Below, piece by piece: positions 8,692-16,959 of a DNA stretch of 64,000 bases. The stretch spans positions 5,625 through 69,624 of the forward strand of contig CAYJNJ010000005.1 in the NCBI GenBank assembly GCA_964371595.1, read 5' to 3'. The notes under the pieces were generated by a model. That model had not been told where the DNA came from. It made no database searches and saw nothing but the letters and a program-made list of their open reading frames with translations. The DNA comes from an uncultured Bacteroidales bacterium (lineage in GTDB: Bacteria; Bacteroidota; Bacteroidia; Bacteroidales; JAGOPY01). Numbering within the stretch: the stretch's first letter is position 1; every line of letters begins with the position of its first letter. Made by a program: the position numbers and the translations under genes.

Positions 8692-8892
8692 ATGGCAAAC
8701 CTGATCAACCAATCCGCAGCCCGCAAACTGGCAAAATCCTTGAATATACACCTTGGAACAAGCGGGATCAAAGCACTGAACGCCAGGATAGAAGAAATAA
8801 TCAGCGAGGCAGCCCTGCGCTCGCTCAAATCAAGAAGGAAAACTATTCTGGAACGCGATGTTACCAGGGAAAAAGATCTCTTTAATTTATAA
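8692..8892 (+). CDS. Singlet histone-fold candidate (bacterial histone / DUF1931-like), 66 aa
   Basis: Helix-loop-long helix-loop-helix pattern. RRKTILERDV resembles the archaeal histone GRKTIKAEDI loop-2/alpha-3 motif. Confidence 0.55.
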   Translation: MANLINQSAARKLAKSLNIHLGTSGIKALNARIEEIISEAALRSLKSRRKTILERDVTREKDLFNL

Positions 8893-8898
8893 TGGCCT

Positions 8899-8942
8899 CT
8901 TTTCCCCCTCTCCGACTGGAGAGGGGGCCAGGGGGTGAGGTT
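8899..8942 (-). repeat. GC-rich stem-loop element, copy 1 (CCTCACCCCCTGGCCCCCTCTCC-N4-GGAGAGGGGGAAAA as read on the minus strand)
   Basis: 10-bp stem CCCCCTCTCC/GGAGAGGGGG. Abuts the desaturase stop at 8942-8944. Confidence 0.85.
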
Positions 8943-9958
8943 CAGGCTACGGCTCTCCTTTTTCTCAAATCCTTAAGCCCGACAGCTTTCTGGTTTGCTT
9001 CGTCCCAAAACCTGATATTCAAGGATCTTAAACTCTCAAAAAAGCCAATCGGCTTGACTTCATGGAACATCTCGTTTTCCTTATGGCACTTCGGAAGATT
9101 GTAATTGGGGATCGTAGGTCCTAAATGATGGACATGGTGAAACCCTATGTTTCCCGTAAACCACCTGAGAATTCCGGGAAGCTTGAAGAATGAGCTCCCG
9201 TGCATGGCCATCTGCTTGTAGTCCCAGTCTTTTTCCCTGCACCAGTAAACTTCTTCATACTGATGCTGAAGGTAAAACAGGTAAATTCCCCCGATAGAGG
9301 CAAAATACATAACAGGAAGCTGGATGATCAAAAAAGCCTGCCAGCCGATAAAATAGCTGACAATGGCAGCCGCTGCCAGCATAATGGCATTGGTGGAGTA
9401 TACGTTCAGTCGTTGTTTTTTTGTCATTTTCCGGTTCGAAAAACGATGGCCAATTATAAAAATGGCTATGCCGCCAATACCAAGCAGCACTGCCGGATGC
9501 CTGAAAAACCTGTACTTGAACTTGTCAAATGATGATAAGGCAAGATATTCTTCGACTGTAAGGGTCCATACATCCCCTAATCCCCGTTTATCAAGGTTTC
9601 CAACCGTTTGATGGTGCAGGCGGTGGCTGTCGGTCCACTTGTGATATGGCGTAAATGCCATCATCCCGCAGGCGCTCCCAATATAGAAGTTCAGCTTCTT
9701 GGATTTAAAAAAGGACCCATGTCCGCAGTCATGGAAAATGATGAAGATCCTGATCAGGAAACCAGCCGCCAGGAAAATCAGCGGTAAAGTAAGCCAGAAT
9801 GAGATTTTGAGTGTGAATACCATTAATATCCACAGAAGGATATATGGTACGATGGAGTTGATCAGTTGCCACACGCTTCTTGAAATGCGGGGCTTGTTAT
9901 ATTTTATAACGATTGACTGCCACGAAGTTGCCTGTGGCGGCGATGTATTTGAAGTCAT
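8942..9958 (-). CDS. Membrane fatty-acid desaturase
   Basis: Three His boxes: HDCGH, HRLHH, HHVHH. I chose the start at 9958 (MTSNTSPP). The longer ORF start at 10129 overlaps the helicase tail. Confidence 0.85.
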   Translation of the reverse strand: MTSNTSPPQATSWQSIVIKYNKPRISRSVWQLINSIVPYILLWILMVFTLKISFWLTLPLIFLAAGFLIRIFIIFHDCGHGSFFKSKKLNFYIGSACGMMAFTPYHKWTDSHRLHHQTVGNLDKRGLGDVWTLTVEEYLALSSFDKFKYRFFRHPAVLLGIGGIAIFIIGHRFSNRKMTKKQRLNVYSTNAIMLAAAAIVSYFIGWQAFLIIQLPVMYFASIGGIYLFYLQHQYEEVYWCREKDWDYKQMAMHGSSFFKLPGILRWFTGNIGFHHVHHLGPTIPNYNLPKCHKENEMFHEVKPIGFFESLRSLNIRFWDEANQKAVGLKDLRKRRAVA

Positions 9959-9983
9959 AATGCTTAGATTGAATAATAGTAAA

Positions 9984-11996
9984 TTACCAGTTCTTGAACG
10001 GCGATTTTTTCTTCTTCCCGCCGTAAGATTCTTTCGATTTGCCGGCCGGCTTACCTTTCGGCTTTTCTTTCGACCAGGCACCCGATTTGCTCCTGGGCTT
10101 TTCATTTGACCAGTCTTTCGATAACTCATTCATCCAGGGTTTGGAATTTTCACCCTGGCTGTCGTCGGATTTGTGCCTCGGCCGGTCGTCTGACTTGTAC
10201 TTAGGCCTGTCGTCTGATTTGTACCTTGGCTTGTCATCCGACTTGAACCTCGGTTTGTCATCAGATTTATACCTGGGCCTGTCATCCGATCTGTAGCCTG
10301 ATTTTTTATCATCAGACCTGTATTTTGGCCTATCGAACGACCTTTCACCCGATCTTTCACCTGATCTTTCACCCGATCTGCCTCTAGGCCTGGGTTTCAG
10401 CTCATTCCTGGAGACTTCCACCTTCACCTTTACCCCGTCAAATTTGGCGTCCTGGAATGATTTGAGAACTTCTTCCCAGGAGTTCTTCTCGATCTCGAAC
10501 ATGGATGATTTCTGCCCGATCTCAATCCTTCCGACATCAATATCACGGTTACGTGTATTTTCATTGATCAGGCCGATCAGGCGGGGCGGATTTAATCCAT
10601 CCTGGAAGCCGACATTGATCTGAAGGGTAATGAAATTCTCTTTCGGTGCACGCCGCTTGTTTTCTTCGGGGTGTGCCACGTTCAGGTCAGGGGTATTCTT
10701 ATAATAATTGAGTATCCGGTTGAATTCAACCGAAACGAAATGCTTGATCAGGTCTTCGCGAGTAAGCCATTCGAGCTTGCTGTATATGGCAGGAAGGAAC
10801 GGCTCGATCTGTTTCTCGTCAATTTCTACGTTTTCCACGCGGTCGACGAGGGTGAAAAGCTGCTTTTCGCAAATCTCAACACCTGTCGGTACTTTTTTCT
10901 GCTCGAAGCGCTTATGGAGCATGCTTTCTATATCCCTGATCTTCTTGGATTCACGGGAATGGATGATTGAAATCGCGACGCCGCTTTTCCCGGCACGTGC
11001 TGTTCTGCCGGTGCGGTGGATGTAGACTTCGTTATCATCCGGGAGGTCATAATTGATGATATGTGTCAGGTCATTCACATCGAGTCCGCGGGCGGCCACA
11101 TCCGTAGCGACCAGCAACTGTACCTGTTTGATCCTGAAGCGGTTCATCACAAAATCACGCTGTGCCTGGCTGAGATCGCCATGAAGGGCATCGGCATTAT
11201 ATCCGTCGTTCATCAGTTTATCGGCCACTTCCTTGGTAATGGCCCTGGTGCGGCAGAATACGATCCCGTAAATATTCGGGTAAACGTCAGCGATCCTTTT
11301 CAGGGCGGCATAACGGTCTTTCGCATTAACGGTATAAAACTCGTGGCGCACATTATCGGCGCCCTGGTTGCGGGTCCCAACCGAAATTTCTTCCGGCCGG
11401 TTCATATATTTCCTGGCGATATTGGCAATTTCCGGGGGCATGGTTGCCGAAAAAAGGAAAGTGCGCTTTTCTGCCGGGGTTTCTGCTAAAATAACATCGA
11501 GGTCATCCTTGAATCCCATATTCAGCATTTCGTCGGCTTCATCGAGGACGAGCCAGTTGATATGGGCAAGCTGTAACACTTCACGTTTGATAAGGTCCAT
11601 CACACGTCCGGGTGTCCCAACCACTACCTGGCAGCCCGATTTGAGCGCCCTGATCTGGTTACGGATATCAGCGCCGCCATAAACGGCAACGGTTTTAAAC
11701 CCGTTCATGAATTTGGAGTACTTTTCCATGTCGCCGGTGATCTGCATGCAGAGCTCACGGGTAGGACAAAGTACGATCGCCTGGATCTTTTTCGAATCCA
11801 TATCGGCGAGGTGTATTAAAGGAAGGCCGAAAGCGGCCGTTTTGCCGGTGCCGGTCTGGGCAAGGGCGATTAAATCTCTGTCATTGTTTAAAATAAGGGG
11901 GATGATCCGTTCCTGGATCGGGGTCGGCTGCTCAAAGCCGAGTTCATCGGTCGCACGTATAATAACTTCGTGCAACCCGGTTTCGCTAAATGTCAT
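9984..11996 (-). CDS. deaD: DEAD-box ATP-dependent RNA helicase (DeaD/CsdA-like) with a DbpA-type RNA-binding domain and a repetitive basic tail
   Basis: AQTGTGKT, DEAD, SAT and HRTGRTARAG motifs. DbpA-like segment FITLQINVG...DVGRIEI. Confidence 0.9.
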   Translation of the reverse strand: MTFSETGLHEVIIRATDELGFEQPTPIQERIIPLILNNDRDLIALAQTGTGKTAAFGLPLIHLADMDSKKIQAIVLCPTRELCMQITGDMEKYSKFMNGFKTVAVYGGADIRNQIRALKSGCQVVVGTPGRVMDLIKREVLQLAHINWLVLDEADEMLNMGFKDDLDVILAETPAEKRTFLFSATMPPEIANIARKYMNRPEEISVGTRNQGADNVRHEFYTVNAKDRYAALKRIADVYPNIYGIVFCRTRAITKEVADKLMNDGYNADALHGDLSQAQRDFVMNRFRIKQVQLLVATDVAARGLDVNDLTHIINYDLPDDNEVYIHRTGRTARAGKSGVAISIIHSRESKKIRDIESMLHKRFEQKKVPTGVEICEKQLFTLVDRVENVEIDEKQIEPFLPAIYSKLEWLTREDLIKHFVSVEFNRILNYYKNTPDLNVAHPEENKRRAPKENFITLQINVGFQDGLNPPRLIGLINENTRNRDIDVGRIEIGQKSSMFEIEKNSWEEVLKSFQDAKFDGVKVKVEVSRNELKPRPRGRSGERSGERSGERSFDRPKYRSDDKKSGYRSDDRPRYKSDDKPRFKSDDKPRYKSDDRPKYKSDDRPRHKSDDSQGENSKPWMNELSKDWSNEKPRSKSGAWSKEKPKGKPAGKSKESYGGKKKKSPFKNW
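10162..10305 (-). repeat. Coding 24-nt repeat (about 6 units) encoding KSDD(K/R)PR(Y/F) octapeptides. A 12-nt GERS x3 repeat lies upstream in the gene
   Basis: YRSDDRPRYKSDDKPRFKSDDKPRYKSDDRPKYKSDDRPRHKSDD in the helicase C-terminus. Confidence 0.85.
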
Positions 11997-12043
11997 GCTG
12001 TTTTTTCTAAATTTTGTCCTTCAGAATGAAGGATTCGTGGCTG

Positions 12044-12051
12044 CAAAGGTA
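12044..12051 (-). promoter_or_regulatory. -7 box TAccTTTG (minus strand) upstream of the helicase gene
   Basis: The plus strand reads caaaggta. A small hairpin CCTTCAGAATGAAGG follows in the 5' leader. Confidence 0.45.
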
Positions 12052-12169
12052 AGGCTATTTTATTGATAATCAGAAAAAAATCAATGAATGAACCAGACGT
12101 TCACATTGGCTTTAGAAGAAAAGAAAGTGATTCAATGTACAAAAAAGAACCTAAGGCACTAATAATCAG

Positions 12170-12268
12170 CGAAAATCTGCGTCAAAAATCTGCGGACATC
12201 TGCGAGAAATTGAGGGCTTATTTCTCGCAGATTTACGCGGATCAATTCGCAGATTTACGCAGATTTTC
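12170..12268. repeat. Word palindrome: AATCTGCG-type x3, then CGCAGATT-type x3
   Basis: gaaaatctgcgtcaaaaatctgcggacatctgcgagaaa ... tttctcgcagatttacgcgg..cgcagatttacgcagattttc. Overlaps the last codons and stop of the mannosidase. Confidence 0.85.
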
Positions 12269-14845
12269 GGTTAGGTAAAGATGTAAAAGCTGCAATGAAT
12301 TTGCTGAATTAGAATTATTGCCGGTTTTTGGGATCGAGACAGTCACTGTTTGACCAGGCAGCATATCAAAATAATTATCAGAAAACTGCCCTTCCATCCC
12401 TTCTGCATAAAGAAAAACATTTTTAGCCAGGTTGTCTGAAGTTAATGTAATCTGAATGATTTCACCTTCTTCTTTAATCACGGTTTTTATATGCGGATCG
12501 GTCAGTTTCAGCTCTTTCGGCTTTACAAAATAATGCAGGTCGGTGTCGATGATCTCACTATTCTTTTTTAATGTAGAAACGAGGACAACTAAAGCCGGAT
12601 CAATATTTCCAAGGATTTCGCTAACGGGAAAACTCATTTCAGGTTCTTCAACCCCAAATTCATGAACACCTTGCCAAAGGATATTGCCGCTAAAATCTAT
12701 CAACCTGGTTTCTAATTTCAATTTTCCAATTTCATCGGAATCGGAAACGATTTTAAAATTTATTAAATCAGCATTTTCTTTACAAACGATCACTGTTGGC
12801 TTGAACGCCTCCCTGATGAAATAATGCAGGGCCTTCCATCTTCCATAATAATCGATACCCGACCAGGAAGCCACCGGCCAGCAGTCGTTGATCTGCCAGT
12901 ACAACGAGCCCATGCAATACGGCATCTCCGCCCGGTGCGACTCAACAGCCAGCTTGATCGCCTCAGCCTGCAGCAACTGTCCGACATATAAAAACTGCTC
13001 AAAATCAGCAGGGATTTGATAATCTTCCTCCATATACTGCCTGATCCGCAGGTTCCCGATCCCGCTGCGCTGGTGCGCCGCCATCACTTCCGATTCAATA
13101 CTGTAATCACCGGGTTCCGTATATTTTTTCACGGAATTGAATTCGGGAAACGACTGAAAGCCGTATTCGCTCATGAACCGGGATCTGTATTTCCTGAAAT
13201 CGCTGAAAGGATGCAGCCCATGCCAGACGCCCCAGTAATGCATGTCACCCGAGGTGGTTTCGTAAGAGGCAAGCTGCCCCATGCCCGCCGAGGGAGAAGA
13301 ATGCCAGTATGCCCTGCCGGGGTCTTCCTGTTCAATAACTTTCGGAAGGATGTGATGAAATAATGTATCGTAGGCCTTCCAGATTATGTCGCGCTGCACT
13401 TCAGTATATCGCTGCTTCCAGCCCCAGCCGCGCTTTTCATCATAAGGCCCCCAGGCAGCTTCAATCTCGTTATTGCCGCACCAGAGCACGACAGACGGAT
13501 GATTTCGCAGGCGCTTCACATTATCAACAGCTTCCAGCCTCACACTCTCAAGAAATTCATCATTACCGGGATACATCGCACAGGCAAACATAAAATCCTG
13601 CCATACCATGATACCATATTTATCACACAGGTCGTAAAAAAGATCATCTTCATAAATCCCGCCTCCCCAGACGCGTAACATGCTCATATTGGCATCGGCA
13701 GCTGATTTCACGATAAATTCATATTTTTCAGGACTTACCCGGTCAAGGAAGACATCGTTGGGGATGTAATTTGCCCCTTTGGCAAATACCGGCTTTCCGT
13801 TCACCTCAAAATAAAAGCTCCTCCCCTTCCCGTCAGGATCAGGATCCTGCACCAGCTTAACATTCCGCAAACCGGTACTGGTTTCCCTGACATCCAGCAA
13901 TTTATCACCCACAAGCAATTCAACTTTGATATTATACACCTTCTGCATGCCGTAACCATTCGGCTGCCATAGTTCTGGGTTATCAATGGTGATGGGGATT
14001 TCAACCGTTTTAATTCCAGATTCCAAATTCCAAATTCCAGAATAAGCATTTTTAGCATCAATATAAATAATGACCTGGAATTCCTGGTCCTTCGTTGTTA
14101 CAATTTCAACTTTTGCCGTAAGTTCAGCTTTCTCTTGTGATAAGGAGTTATTTATTAGCCTGATATCACCGATCTTCCCTAAGTCCCACGCCCTAAGCTC
14201 TATGCCCCGCCAGATGCCGGAAGTCACCAGCCGCGGGCCCCAATCCCAGCCAAAATGATAAGGCGCTTTACGAACATAAGGACTGACCCGGTCGCTCCCC
14301 ATTTCCCCGGTTTCCGACTGGTCGTTGTCGGCGGCAAGCTGAAAACCGAATGCCTTTAAAGCCTCCAGGCCTTTCCTGGTAGGGGATTCCAGGATGACCT
14401 TTAATTCATTCCGACCTGACCTGAGATGTTTCTTTACATCGACCGTCCAGGTCCGGAACATATTGTCCGCCTCAAGAACCAGCTTCTCATTGAGATAAAC
14501 TTTAGCGTACGTATCAAGTCCATTAAAAAGCAGCTCAATCCTGTCCTGATCAGTCAAATCGTTACGGGCAAGGAAAAAAGTCCTGTATTCCCAGTCTGCC
14601 TTGTCGATCCATTGGAGCTGCTTTTCATTCAGCCGGTAAAATGGATCTTCAATGATTTTATTATTGATGAGGTCTGAATGGACTGTGCCCGGCACGCTGG
14701 CAGGGAGCCAGTTGTCCTTGCCGGCCTGTCTGAATTCCCAATTATCAGTTAGCTCAAGTTTGACAGGTGGTTTGACATTATTATTCATATTGCAGGATGT
14801 TATCCCGAAAATAACGAGCAGAGAAAAAACATGCCTTCTTAGCAT
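12242..14845 (-). CDS. Beta-mannosidase (glycoside hydrolase family 2), lipoprotein
   Basis: GH2 core (NHPSVVLWCGNNE, WQDFMFACAMYP). I chose the start at 14845 (MLRRHVFSLLVIFGITSC lipobox), 11 nt after the upstream stop. Confidence 0.85.
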   Translation of the reverse strand: MLRRHVFSLLVIFGITSCNMNNNVKPPVKLELTDNWEFRQAGKDNWLPASVPGTVHSDLINNKIIEDPFYRLNEKQLQWIDKADWEYRTFFLARNDLTDQDRIELLFNGLDTYAKVYLNEKLVLEADNMFRTWTVDVKKHLRSGRNELKVILESPTRKGLEALKAFGFQLAADNDQSETGEMGSDRVSPYVRKAPYHFGWDWGPRLVTSGIWRGIELRAWDLGKIGDIRLINNSLSQEKAELTAKVEIVTTKDQEFQVIIYIDAKNAYSGIWNLESGIKTVEIPITIDNPELWQPNGYGMQKVYNIKVELLVGDKLLDVRETSTGLRNVKLVQDPDPDGKGRSFYFEVNGKPVFAKGANYIPNDVFLDRVSPEKYEFIVKSAADANMSMLRVWGGGIYEDDLFYDLCDKYGIMVWQDFMFACAMYPGNDEFLESVRLEAVDNVKRLRNHPSVVLWCGNNEIEAAWGPYDEKRGWGWKQRYTEVQRDIIWKAYDTLFHHILPKVIEQEDPGRAYWHSSPSAGMGQLASYETTSGDMHYWGVWHGLHPFSDFRKYRSRFMSEYGFQSFPEFNSVKKYTEPGDYSIESEVMAAHQRSGIGNLRIRQYMEEDYQIPADFEQFLYVGQLLQAEAIKLAVESHRAEMPYCMGSLYWQINDCWPVASWSGIDYYGRWKALHYFIREAFKPTVIVCKENADLINFKIVSDSDEIGKLKLETRLIDFSGNILWQGVHEFGVEEPEMSFPVSEILGNIDPALVVLVSTLKKNSEIIDTDLHYFVKPKELKLTDPHIKTVIKEEGEIIQITLTSDNLAKNVFLYAEGMEGQFSDNYFDMLPGQTVTVSIPKTGNNSNSANSLQLLHLYLTENLRKSAN

Positions 14846-14855
14846 AAGGATTTTG

Positions 14856-15857
14856 TTAAATAATCCTGACAGCAGGATCAATTGTTTTCCAGATTTCCAG
14901 GGAACGGTCCCATAATTTTGCCCCTTCTTCGGGGATATAAACCTTTGGGTCCATCTTTTTATGGCGGAACATATGAAGATATTCATTCGTTTTCCCTTCA
15001 TAATCGGGCGAAATAGCCATATATACCACCGGCAGGCAGGCTTTTTTGGGAGATTTAAAAATTACAGTGAAAATCCCCCGCAAAATCAGCCGTAATAACA
15101 GTGGCGCCTCTTTGACAATGTTTGAATTGACAGGGCCGGGGCAAATAACATTTATCCCGGCTTTATAGCCATCATGGTTTACTTTTCGTGAAAGTTCGGT
15201 GGCATAGGTATTCAGGAGCAGTTTAAAATAACTGTAATTGGCAATCGCCTTTGAAACGCCGTAATCAAAATATCTTCCGAATTCATCATAATCAACAAGA
15301 GAAGAACCCTGGTGCGAATCCGATGAAATAAATATCACCCTCGGCTTAAATGTCTTGTTGTTGTTATCAATATTGATTACTCCGGAAGTCATGAGCAAAT
15401 GGGTCAGCATTACATTGGCAAGGTAATTCACCAGGAACATTTCATCCTGGCCGGAAGCGGTTTTTCGCGCTCTAGCGGGAGTTACCCCTGCATTCAGGAT
15501 GGTAACATCCAGACTGATCCCATCATTTTTAAGCCCATCGGCGAATGCATGGATGCTGTCAATTTTAGTAAGATCAAGATAGCGCATCTCAATATTATCA
15601 GAACCGCTGCGTTTTTTTGCTTTATTACCGGCATCCGGGATCTGACTCCGGCAGCCCATGATCACCTGGCCGCCCCTGCGTGCAATTTCGACGGCAAGGG
15701 CAAAGCCCAGCCCGGAATTTGCTCCCGTTACCAGCACTGTTTTGCCATCAAAACGGTCATTTTCAGTTAAATGGGATTCAAGCTCCTGTTTCCTGAACCG
15801 GTCCCAGAAACCAGCCAGCGAAGCCAGCACCGGATTATCAAAACGACCATGAGACAT
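14856..15857 (-). CDS. Short-chain dehydrogenase/reductase (SDR)
   Basis: VLVTGANSGLG cofactor motif and YSYFK (YxxxK). I chose the start at 15857 (MSHGRF). The longer ORF runs through intergenic word arrays. Confidence 0.8.
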   Translation of the reverse strand: MSHGRFDNPVLASLAGFWDRFRKQELESHLTENDRFDGKTVLVTGANSGLGFALAVEIARRGGQVIMGCRSQIPDAGNKAKKRSGSDNIEMRYLDLTKIDSIHAFADGLKNDGISLDVTILNAGVTPARARKTASGQDEMFLVNYLANVMLTHLLMTSGVINIDNNNKTFKPRVIFISSDSHQGSSLVDYDEFGRYFDYGVSKAIANYSYFKLLLNTYATELSRKVNHDGYKAGINVICPGPVNSNIVKEAPLLLRLILRGIFTVIFKSPKKACLPVVYMAISPDYEGKTNEYLHMFRHKKMDPKVYIPEEGAKLWDRSLEIWKTIDPAVRII

Positions 15858-15863
15858 AGAATA

Positions 15864-15937
15864 ATGTTGAATGTTGAATGTTGAATGTTGAATTAGTTTG
15901 CTTTTTGTTTGGAATTTGGTGCTTGGTGCTTGGAATT
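15864..15937. repeat. ATGTTGA heptamer x4 (15864-15893), then a GGAATTTGG/TGCTTGG word block (15907-15937)
   Basis: Read directly between the GHMP kinase stop and the SDR start. Confidence 0.85.
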
Positions 15938-16959
15938 TAGATTGTCCAGGCAAGCATTCCACTAGTAGTAAACTCGTAGGCATGGCTGGTCCCGCCGAAA
16001 TTCTTCAGGGTTTCGATGACATGATACCGTGTGTTGTCCGGACAGTAAAATATCATAAATCCACCGCCGCCGGCACCTGAGATCTTTCCGCCGGTTGCGC
16101 CGCTTTCCATGGCTGCTTTGTAAATTGAATCAATCATTTGATTGGTGATACCCGATGCAATCTGCTTTTTATAAGTCCAGCCAAAGTCGAGCACCGGGCC
16201 GATCTCATCTATCTTTCCCTTGAGGATTGCCTCTTTCATCATGACTGCCTGCTCTTTCAGCCTATGCGTGGCTTCGATGTATTTTGATTTGTTTTCAAGG
16301 ATATTCTTTGCCTGGCGCTCGATGATAGCTGATGATACCCGGCTGGTTTTTGTATGATACAGGATGAGGTTGTTGGACAATTCATTCAGGTATATACTTT
16401 TGATCCTAAGCGGGTTGACGATGACTTTATCATCTTTATAAAACTCCATAAAATTAACCCCGCCGAAGGTAGCGGCATACTGATCCTGCTTCCCCCCTGC
16501 CATATTCAGGTCAATGCGCTCAATTTCGTAGGCAAGCCTTGCAAGGTCATATTCCCCCAGCGGCAGGTTCAGCCATTCGGCAAAAGCGCCAAGGACGGCA
16601 ACAACAAGCGTGGATGAGGTACCCAGGCCGGAGCCGGGAGGGGCATCGACGTACGTGGAAAGCTCGAATGATAATGGAGTGTGCGTGTAATCCCTGACAA
16701 TGCGGTTATATATCCCTTTTAGCAGGTTCAGGCTCCCATCGATGAGCAATGCCTCAACAGAAGGTGACTCAAATTGCTTGTCCTTGTCAATCGATTTAAA
16801 AATGATCCTGCCATCATCACGGGGAATGATCGTAGCATAGGCATACATATTGATGGTGGCATTCAGCGTGGCCCCGCCGTAAAGATCGGAATATGGCGCC
16901 ACATCCGTGCCGCCGCCGGCAAGCCCCAGCCTTAGAGGCGCTTTGCTTCGTATGATCAT
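15937..16959 (-). CDS. GHMP-family sugar kinase (HddA / fucokinase-like)
   Basis: SKAPLRLGLAGGGTD N-terminus and GHMP motif PPGSGLGTSSTLVVA. Confidence 0.8.
   Translation of the reverse strand: MIIRSKAPLRLGLAGGGTDVAPYSDLYGGATLNATINMYAYATIIPRDDGRIIFKSIDKDKQFESPSVEALLIDGSLNLLKGIYNRIVRDYTHTPLSFELSTYVDAPPGSGLGTSSTLVVAVLGAFAEWLNLPLGEYDLARLAYEIERIDLNMAGGKQDQYAATFGGVNFMEFYKDDKVIVNPLRIKSIYLNELSNNLILYHTKTSRVSSAIIERQAKNILENKSKYIEATHRLKEQAVMMKEAILKGKIDEIGPVLDFGWTYKKQIASGITNQMIDSIYKAAMESGATGGKISGAGGGGFMIFYCPDNTRYHVIETLKNFGGTSHAYEFTTSGMLAWTI

Noticed and set aside
8942-10129. Long N-terminal extensions in the ORF track (desaturase to 10129, mannosidase to 15001, SDR to 15983, epimerase to 19424, TPR to 51803, Bcp to 53337, LOG from 4925)
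   Set aside because: The extensions overlap upstream genes or run through repeat DNA. Internal ATGs give canonical N-termini (signal peptides, Rossmann motifs) and sensible spacing.
12063-12278. 71-aa ORF between the helicase and the mannosidase
   Set aside because: Its C-terminal half is a translation of the AATCTGCG/CGCAGATT palindrome, and it overlaps the mannosidase 3' end.
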